Assembly (NCBI GenBank): GCA_963920595.1
Contig: OY986947.1
Coordinates: 4,650,001-4,714,000, forward strand
DNA length: 64,000 nt
Direction: 5' to 3'
Source of the DNA: Eimeria praecox
Taxonomy: Eukaryota
In this document: one piece after another, positions 61,101 to 64,000 of the stretch
Numbering within the stretch: the first letter of the stretch is position 1
Layout: every line of letters starts with the position of its first letter
The notes under the pieces: model-generated
What the model saw: the letters and a program-made list of their open reading frames with translations, nothing else
The model's database searches: none
What the model was told of the DNA's origin: nothing
Position numbers and translations under genes: made by a program

Positions 61101-64000
61101 GTCATTAATCAGCGGTCATGCAGCTTTTCGAGCCAGTCACAGGGCATTGCACCTTTGGAACTTCTCGCTGATTTACTGAATGTGGCTTATCCATTTTTCA
61201 GGCACACGTGCTCCACCTGCAGGAGACAGCAGTGCCTTCAAGACATTTGTAATTATGCAGAGGCTTGAAGGGCATTTAGACCAAGTTACCGGAAACGAAA
61301 CCTTGCAGCGAGTGTACATGGGTACAGCCAAGAAAACAGGGCTCTCTGCCAGAGCAGTTGAATCAAGTAAGTCTTCCGAAAACACAGCATTATAAGACCC
61401 AACTGCCAAATGCACGCTGGCAACTGGTGATTTTTTGCATCCTGCATTGTGGGGTGTTAGTGTTCTAGGTATGTGCTTGTTTTGTTGGACTCAGCCTTCA
61501 TAAGAACGCAAGCACGCCATCTCTTTATCTCCATACAATCGCTGCTACAGAACCCATCGGAGGAAATTCAAAAACGGTTCAGCACAACTGAAGGGTTACA
61601 CGCCTATATCACTGATTATTTAGCAGAAAGGGTAGGACCCAGAGAGCAAGAAGGCGAAGAAGCCGGCTTCGGTGCAGCGAAACACTCTGGCGAAACTATC
61701 GCCTTGGCACATGCTGTTCTCAAGGAAGTGCAGAGTAAGTAGGTAACGCTCAAGGGCAATCGGTAAAAGCGTGAGGCAGTAAAGAATCTGTCTTTGGTTT
61801 AACATGCTATAGAAAAGCCCTCATGCGATCTTTACGCTCTTTTGCAATCTGCGTTGCGTTTAAGGGACCTTCGCAAAGCTCATTGTTGCCAGCGAAGCCT
61901 TTCATAAGGCGCAGCAAACAGCGGGAATGAGGGTGGGAAGATGGCTCAAGGGAGCATTCTCTGACTTTCGCAAGGATATACATGCTTCATATATCATTGA
62001 TGCTGCCCACGGTGGGTTACATATTGCAGTAGTCGCCTTCCAAAGCCGTACTTTCTACAGTATTGCCGTGATATCCTCAACGTGTTTGTGCCCACCTTCC
62101 ACGGGATTTTGTATACACTTCGCAACAAGGCCAACGCTTTCCAAACGTGCAACACTGGATTGCGCGCTTTATTCTGTTCCATGTTTACGATCGGTTTTGC
62201 AGGATGTCTGCAACATTGCACCGGGCCGCTGCTTGCCGACAACAGATTGAAAACCCAGTGCACAGGTTCAAGCGGAGGCCCGCAGCCACTGGGGAAATGT
62301 GCCGATCCTGCTCAAGAGTTTCAAAAGATAGTGAACAAAGAGATGTGGGGACAATTCTTGCCGGACTGGCTCACGCAGGGTAAAGCCCCTGCGCCCTGCT
62401 CAGAGCTGGTGGAGCTCCAGGAAGAGGACCCTCAAGCGTGGCAGCGTCAGGTTTATCTGATGGTATCCCATCTTGATACGAGTAAGCAGGACAGCGCCTA
62501 CCCACTTTGATGAGCAGTTAACTGAACCACTAATAGGTCACTGGCCAATGCACGTGCGCTTGGTCCCTACGTGGAATCTGGGAAGGCAGCGTTCTTTTTG
62601 GCAGCTTTCTCTAAGTAGTGGCTAAACACTTTACGAGATAAAGTGCGAATATGTCTGATGCAGTTGGCTGTGGCAAAGATCACCGAGGATTCGACTCCTT
62701 CGGAAGGTACTCCATCAAGTTGGAGATGATTCAGAACTTGTATGACATGTTTGCCAGCACTGCGAAGAAAGCGACTCTCGAAAACTTTGTCAACTGGCTA
62801 GTGAAGCTGAGGGAGCCTTTACCTCAGAACCTTCAGACACCCACAGCTGTAGCCCTTCAATACGCTGGCGGCCATCCACAGACTCAGGTGCGAGTTAGTA
62901 AAGCTTTTACCATGGCAGTGAAAGGGGACCCAACTTATGCGCAGTGCAAGGCTGAAGACACAAAGATTATTTCGGAGCTAATTGCTTCACTTGGCAGCAT
63001 TTTTTACACGTTGAAAGCTTTCGATGACTTCGTCAAGGAGCGGCGTGCCCAGGAAGAAGTTATCACTCGGCAAGTGACTGCACCGCTTGGTGAGCTACGG
63101 GGAAGTGGGAATAGCTGATTTAACTGCTTGCCTCCATTACTGCAAATTGAGACGTCTTTAACTTCAGCATTCAAGAATACCTGTCTGGAGCGAAAACCTT
63201 CGGTGTAACACGCTTCTGCGTCCTATGATTTGTTTCTGCAGCTGCTAAAGCTAGGCCCATTCTCAACCAGCTAATGATAACGTACGCTTTAACAGGAACG
63301 CCGTACCCCGATGTAGTAATACGCTATCCAACGTACTTCTCAACTACTGCTGTTGCTTCTCTCTCCAATTCTGGGATCGAAGCGATGTGGGTTCTAGTCT
63401 ACATGCAAAACGTTCTTGGAAGCATCTCAACTAATCAGTTATCAGGCCCTCGTATCATCAAGCACTTTGTTGAAGCAGCTATTGCCACAGAAGCCTGGAC
63501 TAGGGAATGTCTGCAGGCCTGTGGGAGAACTTGCTCGATGCAGTATGAGGGGGAAGCTGGTTTATCAATAACCATAGGTGGTGTGTCACTGCAGACTCCC
63601 AGACTCCATTCCCCTGCACTTGCACCGGCAATGGCAGAACGAGCACTTGCTTAAATGCTCCCTGAAGTTTCTTCTGTACACAGAGTGCTTGATACTTCAA
63701 GTTTTTAAACCTTCTTTGGTATGTCATGTGTGCAGCAGAAACGGCTGTCAAACCATACACCTTTCCTGCAACTGAAGAAGAGGCACTGGCAGCTGGGGTC
63801 TTCCGCTGGCTACTGCCAACGTTTCCTCCACTTCCATGCCAAAAGCCTAACAGGAAGGTGATTCCTGTTGTTCTGCCCATCCCACCCCCGACTTTGCCTC
63901 CTGTTCCAGAACCTTCAAAGGAAGTCGAACCTCAGAAAGAACCCGAAGAAGAGCCCTCTCCGCCACCACCGCCACCACCAGCAGCCCCAGAAACGACTAC
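58155..64000 (+). CDS. Large multi-exon secreted protein, possibly rhoptry-neck RON4-like; runs off window
   Basis: Recessed signal peptide IRLVLLLFALLAPFRYSLSA, more than 12 coding islands with GT/AG borders and scattered Cys. The segment IRYPTYF..MWVLVYMQNV..GPRIIKHFV resembles the RON4 conserved domain from memory (unverified). The gene itself is well supported; the family call is not. Confidence 0.55.

Overview
Eukaryotic, intron-containing DNA with the signature of an Eimeria (coccidian apicomplexan) chromosome. A repeat-rich segment (about 1-31 kb: CAG/CTG, interstitial AAACCCT/TTTAGGG telomere-like heptamers, TA and TGCA tandems) abuts a repeat-poor segment (about 31-64 kb). Gene models were built by hand from splice sites and reading phase. 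In order: the N-terminus of a secreted protein, a multi-exon eIF4G, a signal-peptide hypothetical protein, a Ulp1/C48 SUMO-type protease, a CLK/LAMMER kinase, a TEX9-like coiled-coil protein, a secreted Gly-rich/charged-repeat protein, a secreted 46-Cys repeat protein, a tandem PH-LRR protein, an ABHD13/BEM46-like hydrolase, a degenerate Rab/RJL-like GTPase-fold protein and a large secreted, possibly RON4-like protein. Best leads: (1) the 46-Cys protein has mirror-symmetric cysteine spacing, implying one giant disulfide-laddered beta-hairpin; (2) a spliced small-GTPase-fold gene with degenerate G-boxes; (3) sense-strand rules for telomeric and CAG/CTG repeats in introns versus exons; (4) tandem copies of an exon end plus 5' splice site inside an eIF4G intron; (5) an array of telomere-derived hairpins after the eIF4G stop. 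Family assignments rest on motif recognition only; no database searches were run.
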